A stretch of 49,084 bases of DNA from an uncultured Bacilli bacterium (GTDB lineage Bacteria > Bacillota_I > Bacilli_A > RF39 > UBA660): NCBI GenBank assembly GCA_910585335.1, contig CAJUCU010000001.1:107888-156971 (forward strand), in the 5' to 3' direction. Below are positions 11,653-20,248 of the stretch, piece after piece. Position numbers and translations under genes: made by a program. Position 1 is the stretch's first letter; each line of letters starts with the position of its first letter. The notes below the pieces were generated by a model. It had not been told where the DNA came from. It searched no databases and saw nothing but the letters and a program-made list of their open reading frames with translations.

Positions 11653-12459
11653 TTATTCTTGTGATGATTTTTCTTCTTCTGTTGCAACAGCTTGTTCTTC
11701 TTTGCCTGCTTCGTTTTCTACTACTTCAGTAGTTTCTTCTGTAGCTTCTGTCATTTCTTCTGCTACTGTTTCATTTGCAGTTTCTTCTACTTCTTCTACA
11801 TAAGTAATTAAATCTGCTTTTTCATTTTTAGCATTTGGCTTTTTAACAGCTGTTTTGATGATAACTAATGATTTCTTTGGTCCTGGAACATTTCCTTTGA
11901 TTAGAATCAAACTATTTTCAGTATCAATGGCAATAATTTCTAGATTTTGTACTGTTCTTTGTACATTTCCCATTTGTCCAGGAAGTTTTTTACCTTTAAG
12001 AACATGCATTGGTCTCATAGTTCCAAGAGAACCTACACCTCTATGGTATTGTGAACCATGTCCCATAGGTCCGCGAGATTGGTTGTGACGTTTGATAACA
12101 CCTTGGTACCCCTTACCTTTGCTAACTCCTGTTACGTCAACAATTTCTCCTTCTTCGAAGATATCTACATTAATCACTTGTCCTAATGTATAATCTTCTG
12201 CATTTACTCCTCTAATTTCTCTTAAGAAGCGCTTAGGCTCAGTGCCAGCTTTCTTGGCATGACCTTGTTCTGGTTTATTGCTTAGTTTCGCTCTTTTTGT
12301 ACAGGTTGCAAGTTGTACAGCAACATAACCATCTTTTTCTACTGTTTTGATTTGAGTTACCACATTTGGTTCCACTTCAACAACAGTAACCGGAATTAGT
12401 TTTCCTTCTTTTGTGAAAACTTGTGTCATTCCGACTTTTTTACCTAAGATTCCTTTCAT
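11653..12459 (-). CDS. rplC: 50S ribosomal protein L3 with an acidic C-terminal extension of roughly 59 aa
   Basis: 268 aa. It starts with the canonical [15 protein letters not shown], and the core ends near [20 protein letters not shown]. An E/T/A/V-rich tail (..[30 protein letters not shown]..) follows. Confidence 0.95.
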   Translation of the reverse strand: MKGILGKKVGMTQVFTKEGKLIPVTVVEVEPNVVTQIKTVEKDGYVAVQLATCTKRAKLSNKPEQGHAKKAGTEPKRFLREIRGVNAEDYTLGQVINVDIFEEGEIVDVTGVSKGKGYQGVIKRHNQSRGPMGHGSQYHRGVGSLGTMRPMHVLKGKKLPGQMGNVQRTVQNLEIIAIDTENSLILIKGNVPGPKKSLVIIKTAVKKPNAKNEKADLITYVEEVEETANETVAEEMTEATEETTEVVENEAGKEEQAVATEEEKSSQE

Positions 12460-12476
12460 TATTATTTCCTCCTAAA

Positions 12477-12788
12477 TTATTTTGTCTTAATATCAATATC
12501 TACACCGCTAGGTAAATCTAAATGCGCTAAGGCATCGATTGTTTCCTTGCTTGGATTCTTGATATCAATTAGTCTTTTGTGTGTACGCATTTCGAATTGT
12601 TCACGACTATCTTTGTATTTGTGAACAGCTCTTAAAATTGTAAATTTTTCAATTTCAGTTGGAAGTGGTACTGGACCTGAGATTTCTCCACCTGATCTTT
12701 TGATTGTTTCTACAATCTTTGTAACGGCATTGTCTAATATTCTGTGATCATATGCTTTCATACGAATGCGAACTTTTGCTGTTGACAT
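12477..12788 (-). CDS. rpsJ: 30S ribosomal protein S10
   Basis: The ORF track runs to 12887. However, the ATG at 12788-12786 ([16 protein letters not shown]) is preceded by AAGGGAGGA and gives the canonical 103-aa S10. Confidence 0.93.
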   Translation of the reverse strand: MSTAKVRIRMKAYDHRILDNAVTKIVETIKRSGGEISGPVPLPTEIEKFTILRAVHKYKDSREQFEMRTHKRLIDIKNPSKETIDALAHLDLPSGVDIDIKTK

Positions 12789-12912
12789 TTTTAAATCCTC
12801 CCTTCGCCTATATCTAGTATAGACTCGCTCCGTGCAAATAACCCGATAACGAATTAACAACTTAACCCGGTGTATCGGCAACCTCACACATCTAAGCAGT
12901 CACACGTATTTA

Positions 12913-12942
12913 ATTATAGCATGGTATTTCTTTATTTTGCAA
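12913..12942 (-). promoter_or_regulatory. Sigma-A type promoter of the S10 operon (TTGCAA-N18-TATAAT with TGn extension)
   Basis: On the minus strand, TTGCAA (12942-12937), an 18-nt spacer ending in TGC, then TATAAT (12918-12913). This lies about 125 nt upstream of the rpsJ ATG. Confidence 0.6.
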
Positions 12943-13200
12943 GGCTTTTTTACATTTTTTTCATTTTATTTTCTTTGCAAATAAAAAGAAATAAACCATT
13001 GCCTATTCCTTTTTATTATTTCTGAGAGTATTTTATACTAAATTTTCATTTTTTTCTTACAAATATTTTGCTTCTTTTTATCACAGCATCTATTTCACTC
13101 TTTTAACTTATTGCTTTTCGTGATGTCATATCTTCTTTTTCATTCTTTCATTTCCTTTATTTGCTTAGTTTATGTATTTTTACTGATTGTTTATTTTTAT

Positions 13201-14430
13201 TTATTCATGATTTTTGTATTTATTTTTTGTAGTTTGTTCTCCTAATAGTTTTAAGGAAGCTGGAGCAATTTTAGTTCCACCATATTTTCGATTAATCTCA
13301 TCTAGCGTTTTTTGAATTTTATCATCTTCTGCCTTTTCGTTATTTTCTTCAAAAAGCGAAAGCTGCTTTTCACGTTTTTCTGTTAGGCTTGCAAGACGAA
13401 CTCCAATCAAGCGTATTGGATCTTCTTTCCAATTGTTTTCAAATACTTCTTTTACTGTTTTATATATTTCTTCTGTTTTATCTGTAGCATTAAATAATCC
13501 TGCTTGGGCGGAGTAGCTTATAAATCTATTATTTTTAAAGATAACTGCAACCGTTTTTGTATACTGTTTTTTATAACGGAGTTCTCTTGACACTTCTTCT
13601 GTTTGGCGAAATAGTACTTCCTTTAATTTTTCTTCATCTTCATAATCATACGGAAGAGTTTCTGAAATACTGATACTTTCATGTTTACTAGAACGTGCCT
13701 CTACTTTAGATAGATCAATTCCATTAGCTGCTTCTTTTAGATAAGTACTTTGGTTTTTAAAATGTCTATAAAGAAGAGCATCTGAACTTTCCGCTAAATC
13801 TTTTACCGTTTTGATATTTAGTTTTTGTAATTCTAATGCTGTTTTTTTGCCTACCATAAATAGTTCTTTGACAGGAAGAGGCCATAACTTGTCTTTGATT
13901 TCCCCTTTTAATAATGTATGTACTTTATCTGGTTTTTCAAAATCTGATGCCATTTTAGCACAAAGTTTATTGTTTCCTATTCCAACATTTACAGTATAAC
14001 CAAATTTTTTCTTAATATCATCCTTAATAAAGTAAGCTAGTTTTATGTAATCTTTATATAAATAGGAAGTACCTGTCATATCTAAAAAACACTCATCGAC
14101 TGAAAACTGTTCCATTACTGGAGTATACTGTGATAAATATTTCATTAATTCTCTAGATTTTTCGTAATACCACTCATAGTTTGGCGAAAAAATTTGCAAG
14201 GTAGGACATTTTTTTTTGGCCGAATACAAGGTTTCTGCGGTTACCACACCAAATCTTTTGGCAATAGGAGATTTAGCTAGAACAATTCCGTGTCTTTTCG
14301 ATTCATCTCCACCAATGATGGAAGGAATTTTCCTGATATCTTGTTTATAGCCTTGTTTTAAAAGAAGGACAGCACTCCAAGATAAAAAAGCATTATTTAC
14401 ATCTATATGAAATATAAGTCTCTCTTTCAT
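13201..14430 (-). CDS. dinB: Y-family DNA polymerase IV
   Basis: MKERLIFHIDVNNAFLSW.., SVDECFLDMTG, and a little-finger C-terminus. I chose the ATG at 14430-14428 (SD AGGAGGGGA) over the track's upstream extension to 14499. Confidence 0.9.
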   Translation of the reverse strand: MKERLIFHIDVNNAFLSWSAVLLLKQGYKQDIRKIPSIIGGDESKRHGIVLAKSPIAKRFGVVTAETLYSAKKKCPTLQIFSPNYEWYYEKSRELMKYLSQYTPVMEQFSVDECFLDMTGTSYLYKDYIKLAYFIKDDIKKKFGYTVNVGIGNNKLCAKMASDFEKPDKVHTLLKGEIKDKLWPLPVKELFMVGKKTALELQKLNIKTVKDLAESSDALLYRHFKNQSTYLKEAANGIDLSKVEARSSKHESISISETLPYDYEDEEKLKEVLFRQTEEVSRELRYKKQYTKTVAVIFKNNRFISYSAQAGLFNATDKTEEIYKTVKEVFENNWKEDPIRLIGVRLASLTEKREKQLSLFEENNEKAEDDKIQKTLDEINRKYGGTKIAPASLKLLGEQTTKNKYKNHE

Positions 14431-14449
14431 AGAATCCCCTCCTGCTTTT

Positions 14450-14478
14450 ATTATAGAACGTATTTTCGCTTTTTGCAA
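14450..14478 (-). promoter_or_regulatory. dinB promoter (TTGCAA-N17-TATAAT) with an embedded LexA/Cheo-type SOS box
   Basis: On the minus strand, TTGCAA (14478-14473), a 17-nt spacer, then TATAAT (14455-14450). The spacer contains CGAAAATACGTTCT (14468-14455), compared with the Gram-positive LexA consensus CGAACnnnnGTTCG. Confidence 0.6.
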
Positions 14479-14507
14479 TCGAACAAAAAAAGAAAACAAG
14501 AAAAATT

Positions 14508-15596
14508 TTATTTCTTGTTAGTAGATACTAGTGTTTTTATTTTTTGTTTTTTCAAGCAATTGTTTACGTTATTCATTACTTCTCTTTTTTCTGTCTCCAG
14601 TCCTTTTATTGCATTTTCGCTTTTTTCTATTTCGCTTTCATAATAATCTCTCTGAGTTCTATCATATCTAAGCCAACGTTGATAGTCTTCTAATGTTTCT
14701 TCATACCTTTCTGCTACTTCTTCAGCAATTTGTTCTTTTTGTATTTGACAGCTTCTTTCCGCTTGGCTTGTCAATGCTTTTAGAGAAGAGATTATAGATG
14801 TTTCTGCTAATTTCCTATTTCCAGATGCCTCACTATCATTCGTACTAAAATATAGTTTTTCATCTTGAGTATATATTCCTTTACACGAAATAATTTGAGG
14901 AGCCTTTAAACTCGTGTTTTCTAGTACAACATTACTGCCCCTCGTATCAATACTGTGGGTAGCTTTTATGGTACTATTTCTTATTTCTAAATTTTTACAC
15001 CAATAAGAAAGGGAGAACTCTTCTATATCAGAACCTTCTATTTTTATATTTTCTACATTCGAAATAACATAAATAGCACCATTTCTAAATTGTTTATATG
15101 TTAAATTTTTCAAATGAAGTTTTTCAACAGAAGATAGTGTCTTTATACAGGAACTTATCATTTTTCCTGTAACTGTTAATGATTTTACTCTACTATTCAT
15201 AGTATAGCATTTTTCTAGCGTATGTCTATTCTCTTCCTGTTTATCATCTAATATTAGTTCCACTTCATCATTATTAAAAAAGTTTATATCTGGGAAGCTT
15301 CCTATATAACTCGGTTTATCTAACACGATATTTCCTTGATGAAAGTTTATATGGTTTTCAAAATTACAATCTTCTAATATTAATATGGTATCTTTATTTT
15401 GACAATGAAAACGAATAGTATCTGTAAAATTAAAATTTCTAAAGTGTAATAGTTCTACATTCTCTAGCACTTCTATTTCTTTTCTTTTTAAATGATCTAA
15501 TTTTATTGAATAAGCTTTCCTTGTTCCAAAAAACTGATGGGATAATTTATTGGTAGTTACTTCTTTTCCTTCTTTGATATAACTAATTGTCTGCAT
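14508..15596 (-). CDS. Hypothetical protein: repeat-rich (solenoid/LRR-like) N-terminal 270 aa plus a charged coiled-coil tail
   Basis: 362-aa ORF with no signal peptide and no recognisable catalytic motif. The C-terminal ~90 aa are heptad-like (QIAEEVAERYEETLEDYQRWLRYDRTQRDYYESEIEKSENAIKGLETEKRE). Confidence 0.6.
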   Translation of the reverse strand: MQTISYIKEGKEVTTNKLSHQFFGTRKAYSIKLDHLKRKEIEVLENVELLHFRNFNFTDTIRFHCQNKDTILILEDCNFENHINFHQGNIVLDKPSYIGSFPDINFFNNDEVELILDDKQEENRHTLEKCYTMNSRVKSLTVTGKMISSCIKTLSSVEKLHLKNLTYKQFRNGAIYVISNVENIKIEGSDIEEFSLSYWCKNLEIRNSTIKATHSIDTRGSNVVLENTSLKAPQIISCKGIYTQDEKLYFSTNDSEASGNRKLAETSIISSLKALTSQAERSCQIQKEQIAEEVAERYEETLEDYQRWLRYDRTQRDYYESEIEKSENAIKGLETEKREVMNNVNNCLKKQKIKTLVSTNKK

Positions 15597-15753
15597 CTAT
15601 TTCACTCCTCTTGTTCTAAATTTAATAAAATTATATTTTTCTGTTTATCATAACATACTTTTTTACTTCGTCCAAGCAAAAAATAGCTAATATAAACTAG
15701 CTACTTATATTTGTTCTTTTTGATTACTTTTTCCACAGAATATTGTGGATATT

Positions 15754-17253
15754 TTATTTTTGAATTAAACTTTGGCCAGTCATTTCCACAGGAATTTCTA
15801 AATTTAGTAAATCTAGAATGGTAGGGGCAATATCGGCAAGTTTACCAGCTTTTAAAGTTAGACCTTTTTTGGTGATGATGAATGGGACTGGATTTGTTGT
15901 ATGGGAAGTGATGATATTACCTTTACTATCTTGCATTTCCTCGCAATTTCCATGGTCTGCTGTTACAATCAAGATGCCATCTAGCTCTTTTATCTTGTTA
16001 TAAATTTTAAGAAGACAACAGTCCACTATTTCTACACCTTTGATTGCAGCATCCAATACTCCTGTGTGCCCTAACATATCGCCGTTTGCAAAATTAAGAA
16101 TGATAAGATCATAATTTTCTATTTCATTTAGCAAATGATTGGTAATTTCTTCGGCACTCATTTCTGGTTTCAAATCATATGTCGCCACTTTAGGCGATGG
16201 AATTAAAATTTTATTTTCATTTTGATAATCTACTTCACGGCCACCATCAAAAAAGAATGTAACATGGGCAAACTTTTCTGTTTCTGCAATTCTAAGTTGG
16301 CTTAAGCCACATTTTTCAATATATTCTCCTAAACTATTTGCAAGAAGTGGATCATTAAAGGCATGGGGTGCTTTTACAGATTCTACAACAGGCATCATTG
16401 TTACTACTTTCAAGTTTGGAATCACTTCTACATTTAGACCATTCACTTGATTGGTTAGACAAGTTAGAATTTCACGAAGACGATCTTTACGGAAATTAAA
16501 GACAATAAGACCATCATCCGTTTCTATATTTCCTTTTTTATCATAGATTTTAGGCAAGAAAAATTCATCGGTAATATTCATTTCATAACTTGCCTCGATA
16601 TCATCCTTAATAGAGCTTCCATCAGGACCTACATTATTCACGATGGCATCATATGCTTTTTTTAAGCGATCATAGTTATTATCTCTATCCATTCCATAGT
16701 ATCTTCCCCCAACAGTGGCAATAGAGCCTATTTTCAACTCTGCTAATTTTTCCTCCACTTTTGCAAGGTAAGTATAAGCGCTTTTGGGGTCTGTGTCTCT
16801 ACCATCTGTAAAAAGATGTAAGTAGACTCTTTCTATGTTCTTATCTCTACACATAGTAAGAAGGGCCATCAAATGGTCGATATGAGAATGTACTCCTCCG
16901 TCACTAATTAGTCCCATAAGATGTAATTTAGAATGATTTTCTTTAACATGATTCATCACTTTTAAAAGCTCTTTATTTTCAAAAAATGTTTGATTTTCAA
17001 TGCTTTTATTTATTAATTCTAGTGGTTGATAAACAATACGCCCTGCCCCAATATTCATATGTCCCACTTCAGAGTTTCCCATTTGTCCAGCGGGAAGTCC
17101 TACCTTTTGTCCTGACGCTTCTAGCGTAGTATGAGGATAGTTCTTCCATAACATTTCAAAAGTTTTGTTGTCTGCTTCTGCTACAGCATTACCAAATGTG
17201 TCTTGTCTTAGACCGTAGCCATCTAATATTGTTAAAATAATTGGTTTTTTCAT
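15754..17253 (-). CDS. gpmI: 2,3-bisphosphoglycerate-independent phosphoglycerate mutase
   Basis: 499 aa with ILDGYGL, GNSEVGHMNIGAGR and ADHGN motifs. Confidence 0.95.
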   Translation of the reverse strand: MKKPIILTILDGYGLRQDTFGNAVAEADNKTFEMLWKNYPHTTLEASGQKVGLPAGQMGNSEVGHMNIGAGRIVYQPLELINKSIENQTFFENKELLKVMNHVKENHSKLHLMGLISDGGVHSHIDHLMALLTMCRDKNIERVYLHLFTDGRDTDPKSAYTYLAKVEEKLAELKIGSIATVGGRYYGMDRDNNYDRLKKAYDAIVNNVGPDGSSIKDDIEASYEMNITDEFFLPKIYDKKGNIETDDGLIVFNFRKDRLREILTCLTNQVNGLNVEVIPNLKVVTMMPVVESVKAPHAFNDPLLANSLGEYIEKCGLSQLRIAETEKFAHVTFFFDGGREVDYQNENKILIPSPKVATYDLKPEMSAEEITNHLLNEIENYDLIILNFANGDMLGHTGVLDAAIKGVEIVDCCLLKIYNKIKELDGILIVTADHGNCEEMQDSKGNIITSHTTNPVPFIITKKGLTLKAGKLADIAPTILDLLNLEIPVEMTGQSLIQK

Positions 17254-17264
17254 AAGAATCCTCT

Positions 17265-18542
17265 CTATATCTTCATGTCATTTAGACAAAATACTGCATA
17301 AATTGGTAAATAGCGCACTTCTTTTTTTGTTGAGAAGTTATTTTCTGTAATTCGATATGCGTTCTTCACAGTAAACTTTTTCATAAAAATGGATAATGAT
17401 TTAGCCTTCGACATAGACCGAGTGGCAATTTCTATAGGGATTACTTCTCCCATTCTATTTTGGATAACGAAATTTACTTCGGCTTTTCCTTCTGATTGAT
17501 AGTAATATAGGGCATATCCCGCTTCCATCAAAGTCTTAGCAATATGATTTTCGTATAATGTTTCTTTTAATTTTTCATCTGTTAACAGTGTTTTGGTTGA
17601 TAAATGTAGCATGGAATATAAAAGACCATCATCTGGCAAATATAGTTTAAAGCTTTCTTTTTCTCTACAGCTACTTAAGGGAGACTTTACAGTTTGAATT
17701 TTGAAACTACGATAGAGAATTTGATTATCTATCAAGTATTTAATGGCACTTTCATACTCTTTGGCACGTCTTCCTCGTCCTAGTAGGCCATATTGGAATT
17801 TTTTATTATCTTTTTTTAATTGGTCTGGAATAGAACGAAGCACTTCTATACCACGGCTAATATCAATTAAAGTCGGATTTAGTGCAATTTCAGCCTTATA
17901 AGCATCCAGCGTTTTTTGTTTTATAGCATCTAATTTCGCTTCATTATAGCCTTCTTTTTCTTTTAGGACTGCCTCTGGTAAGCCTCCTGTTTTTAAATAT
18001 TCATAAAAATAGTCTAGGGCGACTTTATGGAAAGGACAAGTTTTATGTTTTTCAAAAGATTCTCTAATCAAACCTGCTAATTGGTGTTCTTCATGAGCCC
18101 ATAAGTACTCTTCAAAGTCCATTTCGCTCATTCCTTTAAATTGTAGTTCTTCGCCTTTGAAAATAGTTAAGTTTTCACGACGAGATGTTATTAATATGAT
18201 GTGATAATCTCGTCTTTCACTACCGATTAATTTAATTCCTTTTACAATTTCTAGTTCATTAAGATTATCAAACACTAAAAGCGTATCCTCTTTTAAGATT
18301 GTCTCTTTGGACATTAAGGACAAATTTAGAATTAATTTATCGGGTGATTTTTCTTTTTTAAACAGTTCTAGAAGTTCACTATTTGTTCCACAATTAAAAT
18401 ACACTACATTTTTATAATTTTGGTTTCCAAATTCTAATACAGTGAATGTCTTGCCAATTTGTTTTGATCCATATACTAATAAGGGTTTCCTTATAAGATC
18501 ATTTTTCCATTTGTGAAAGTACTGCATTATTTTTCGTTCCAT
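17265..18542 (-). CDS. AAA-family ATP-binding protein (AAA_14 + DUF4143-like architecture)
   Basis: 425 aa with Walker A GSKQIGKT near the N-terminus. Length and layout are typical of COG1373-type ATPases. The stop lies 11 nt before the gpmI ATG. Confidence 0.7.
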   Translation of the reverse strand: MERKIMQYFHKWKNDLIRKPLLVYGSKQIGKTFTVLEFGNQNYKNVVYFNCGTNSELLELFKKEKSPDKLILNLSLMSKETILKEDTLLVFDNLNELEIVKGIKLIGSERRDYHIILITSRRENLTIFKGEELQFKGMSEMDFEEYLWAHEEHQLAGLIRESFEKHKTCPFHKVALDYFYEYLKTGGLPEAVLKEKEGYNEAKLDAIKQKTLDAYKAEIALNPTLIDISRGIEVLRSIPDQLKKDNKKFQYGLLGRGRRAKEYESAIKYLIDNQILYRSFKIQTVKSPLSSCREKESFKLYLPDDGLLYSMLHLSTKTLLTDEKLKETLYENHIAKTLMEAGYALYYYQSEGKAEVNFVIQNRMGEVIPIEIATRSMSKAKSLSIFMKKFTVKNAYRITENNFSTKKEVRYLPIYAVFCLNDMKI

Positions 18543-18671
18543 AAAGTGTATCCTCCTAACATATTACTTAAATTAAGTATACTCTTTTACGCAAATTCCG
18601 TCAAGTTCTGACGAGTGACAAAATTCGAGTTTTTTTCCAAAATAAAAAAGACTACTACTGCTTGTCCCTTA

Positions 18672-19448
18672 TTATTCAATACTACTTGGTTTATGAAATT
18701 CAAGTCTTAGTTTATCAGCGACTGTGACAATAAACTCGGAGTTTGTAGGTTTTGCTTTATCGATATCAACACTATGTCCAAATATTTCTTCCATTAACTG
18801 CCAGTTTCCACGATTCCAGCTTACTTCGATAGCATGACGAATCGCCCGTTCAACACGAGATACTGTAGTATCAAATTTCTTGGCAATGTCTGGATATAGC
18901 TCTTTTGTAATCCCGCCTATTACTTCAGGACGGTCATAAAGCATTTGGATACCTTCACGGATATATTGATATCCTTTGATATGCGATGGGACTCCTAACT
19001 CATGTAGAATTTTCGTAATTGAAATTTGTAAATTATTATGGTAAACATCTACTGACTTACTTCCAAATTTACTACCTTCCATTACTTCTTCTACTCGTTT
19101 CTCTAGCTCATCTAATTCAAATGGCTTTAAAATAAAGTAACTAATACCTAGCTCTGATGTTTTTCTAATCATGTCTTGTGCATTATACGAGGTTAGAATG
19201 ATTACTTTCTTTTCAATTTTCTTCTTTTTCATCTTTTCTAGGACATACATCCCATCTTTTTTCGGCATGATAAGATCTAAAAGTATTAAATCATATTCAT
19301 CCCTTTTCTTATCAATGAGACTAAATCCATCCTCTCCATTATGTGCACGTAATGTTACTTTTATATCTGCGTGTTTACTAAAAAATTCGGTAACCATGTT
19401 GACTAATTCTACATTGTCATCGATCATTAATATTCTTGTCTTTTCCAT
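18672..19448 (-). CDS. spo0A: Sporulation master response regulator Spo0A
   Basis: Receiver domain (DD at 10-11, [16 protein letters not shown]) plus the Spo0A-specific C-domain signature ([12 protein letters not shown].., [32 protein letters not shown]). Confidence 0.9.
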   Translation of the reverse strand: MEKTRILMIDDNVELVNMVTEFFSKHADIKVTLRAHNGEDGFSLIDKKRDEYDLILLDLIMPKKDGMYVLEKMKKKKIEKKVIILTSYNAQDMIRKTSELGISYFILKPFELDELEKRVEEVMEGSKFGSKSVDVYHNNLQISITKILHELGVPSHIKGYQYIREGIQMLYDRPEVIGGITKELYPDIAKKFDTTVSRVERAIRHAIEVSWNRGNWQLMEEIFGHSVDIDKAKPTNSEFIVTVADKLRLEFHKPSSIE

Positions 19449-19495
19449 TTTCTCTCCTTCCCTATACTACCACGCATTTTTATTATATAACATTA

Positions 19496-19537
19496 TGTCG
19501 GAAATTGGTAGAGAAAAAAAAGACAAGTTTTGTCGAA
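19496..19537. promoter_or_regulatory. Two Spo0A-box-like heptamers upstream of spo0A
   Basis: TGTCGAA at 19531-19537 is a perfect 0A box within TTTGTCGAAA. TGTCGGA at 19496-19502 has one mismatch. Both lie in the 95-nt tpiA-spo0A spacer. Confidence 0.45.
19514..19534 (-). terminator. Weak hairpin plus U8 after tpiA (candidate partial terminator)
   Basis: The minus strand reads GACAA-AAC-TTGTC followed by TTTTTTTT. The stem is only 5 bp and overlaps the perfect 0A box. Confidence 0.3.
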
Positions 19538-19543
19538 ATGCGT

Positions 19544-20248
19544 CTAACACAAATCTAGGAAAACTTGTAATTTCTCTAACTTTAGGCTAAGACCACCTAA
19601 TAGATAGCCATCTATTTCTTGGCTGGTTTTTAAATATTCAATATTTTCATCACTAGCACTACCCCCATATAATAGAAGGGATTCTGGATAAGAAAAATGA
19701 ATGCTAGTTAAGACTTCATCTAATTCTTCTACAGTTGGGACAAGTCCTGTACCAATTGCCCAAACTGGCTCATAGGCAATGATTATTTTTTTAGTATCAA
19801 AAGAAGATAGAATGGATAATTGTCTTTTTATCACTTCTATTCTTTCGCCTTTTTCTCTTTCTTTACTTGTCTCACCAACACAAAGGATAGGAGTAATTCC
19901 TTGTGCTAGTAACTTTGCGATTTTTTCTTTTATGTCATTATCTTTCTCATCAAAGTCACTTCTTCTCTCACTATGGCCTACGATAGTATACTCTACATTC
20001 ATTTCTTTTAACTGGCTTGCCGAGATTTCTCCTGTATGAGCCCCCATTTCATAAGTGGATACATCCTGACTACCTAGTGATATGTTTTCTAAATGAAATA
20101 AAGGTAGATAAAGAGAGGAAGGGCACATTACTATATCGTGGGCTGTTTTTATTTTCGCAAACGCTTGTTGATATGCTAGAAATTCGTTTTTTGTGAGATT
20201 GCATTTATGATTCAATACTATTTTCATATTTTCTATTCCCTTTCTCAT
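19544..20248 (-). CDS. tpiA: Triosephosphate isomerase
   Basis: IVGHSERR and AYEPVWAIGTG motifs. The ATG at 20248 overlaps the GT4 stop (ATGA). An alternative ATG at 20227 (MKIVLNHKCNL) fits the usual TIM N-terminus better. Confidence 0.92.
   Translation of the reverse strand: MRKGIENMKIVLNHKCNLTKNEFLAYQQAFAKIKTAHDIVMCPSSLYLPLFHLENISLGSQDVSTYEMGAHTGEISASQLKEMNVEYTIVGHSERRSDFDEKDNDIKEKIAKLLAQGITPILCVGETSKEREKGERIEVIKRQLSILSSFDTKKIIIAYEPVWAIGTGLVPTVEELDEVLTSIHFSYPESLLLYGGSASDENIEYLKTSQEIDGYLLGGLSLKLEKLQVFLDLC

Noticed and set aside
12789-12887. N-terminal extensions of track ORFs (rpsJ to 12887, dinB to 14499, uvrB to 42793, uvrA to 36569, rpmC to 8111)
   Set aside because: Internal ATGs with good Shine-Dalgarno sequences give the canonical protein N-termini. 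The extensions have no SD and translate to non-homologous sequence.
15729-15746. CCACA-GAATAT-TGTGG hairpin after gpmI as a terminator
   Set aside because: The stem is only 5 bp. On the transcribed (minus) strand it is followed by A residues rather than a U-tract.
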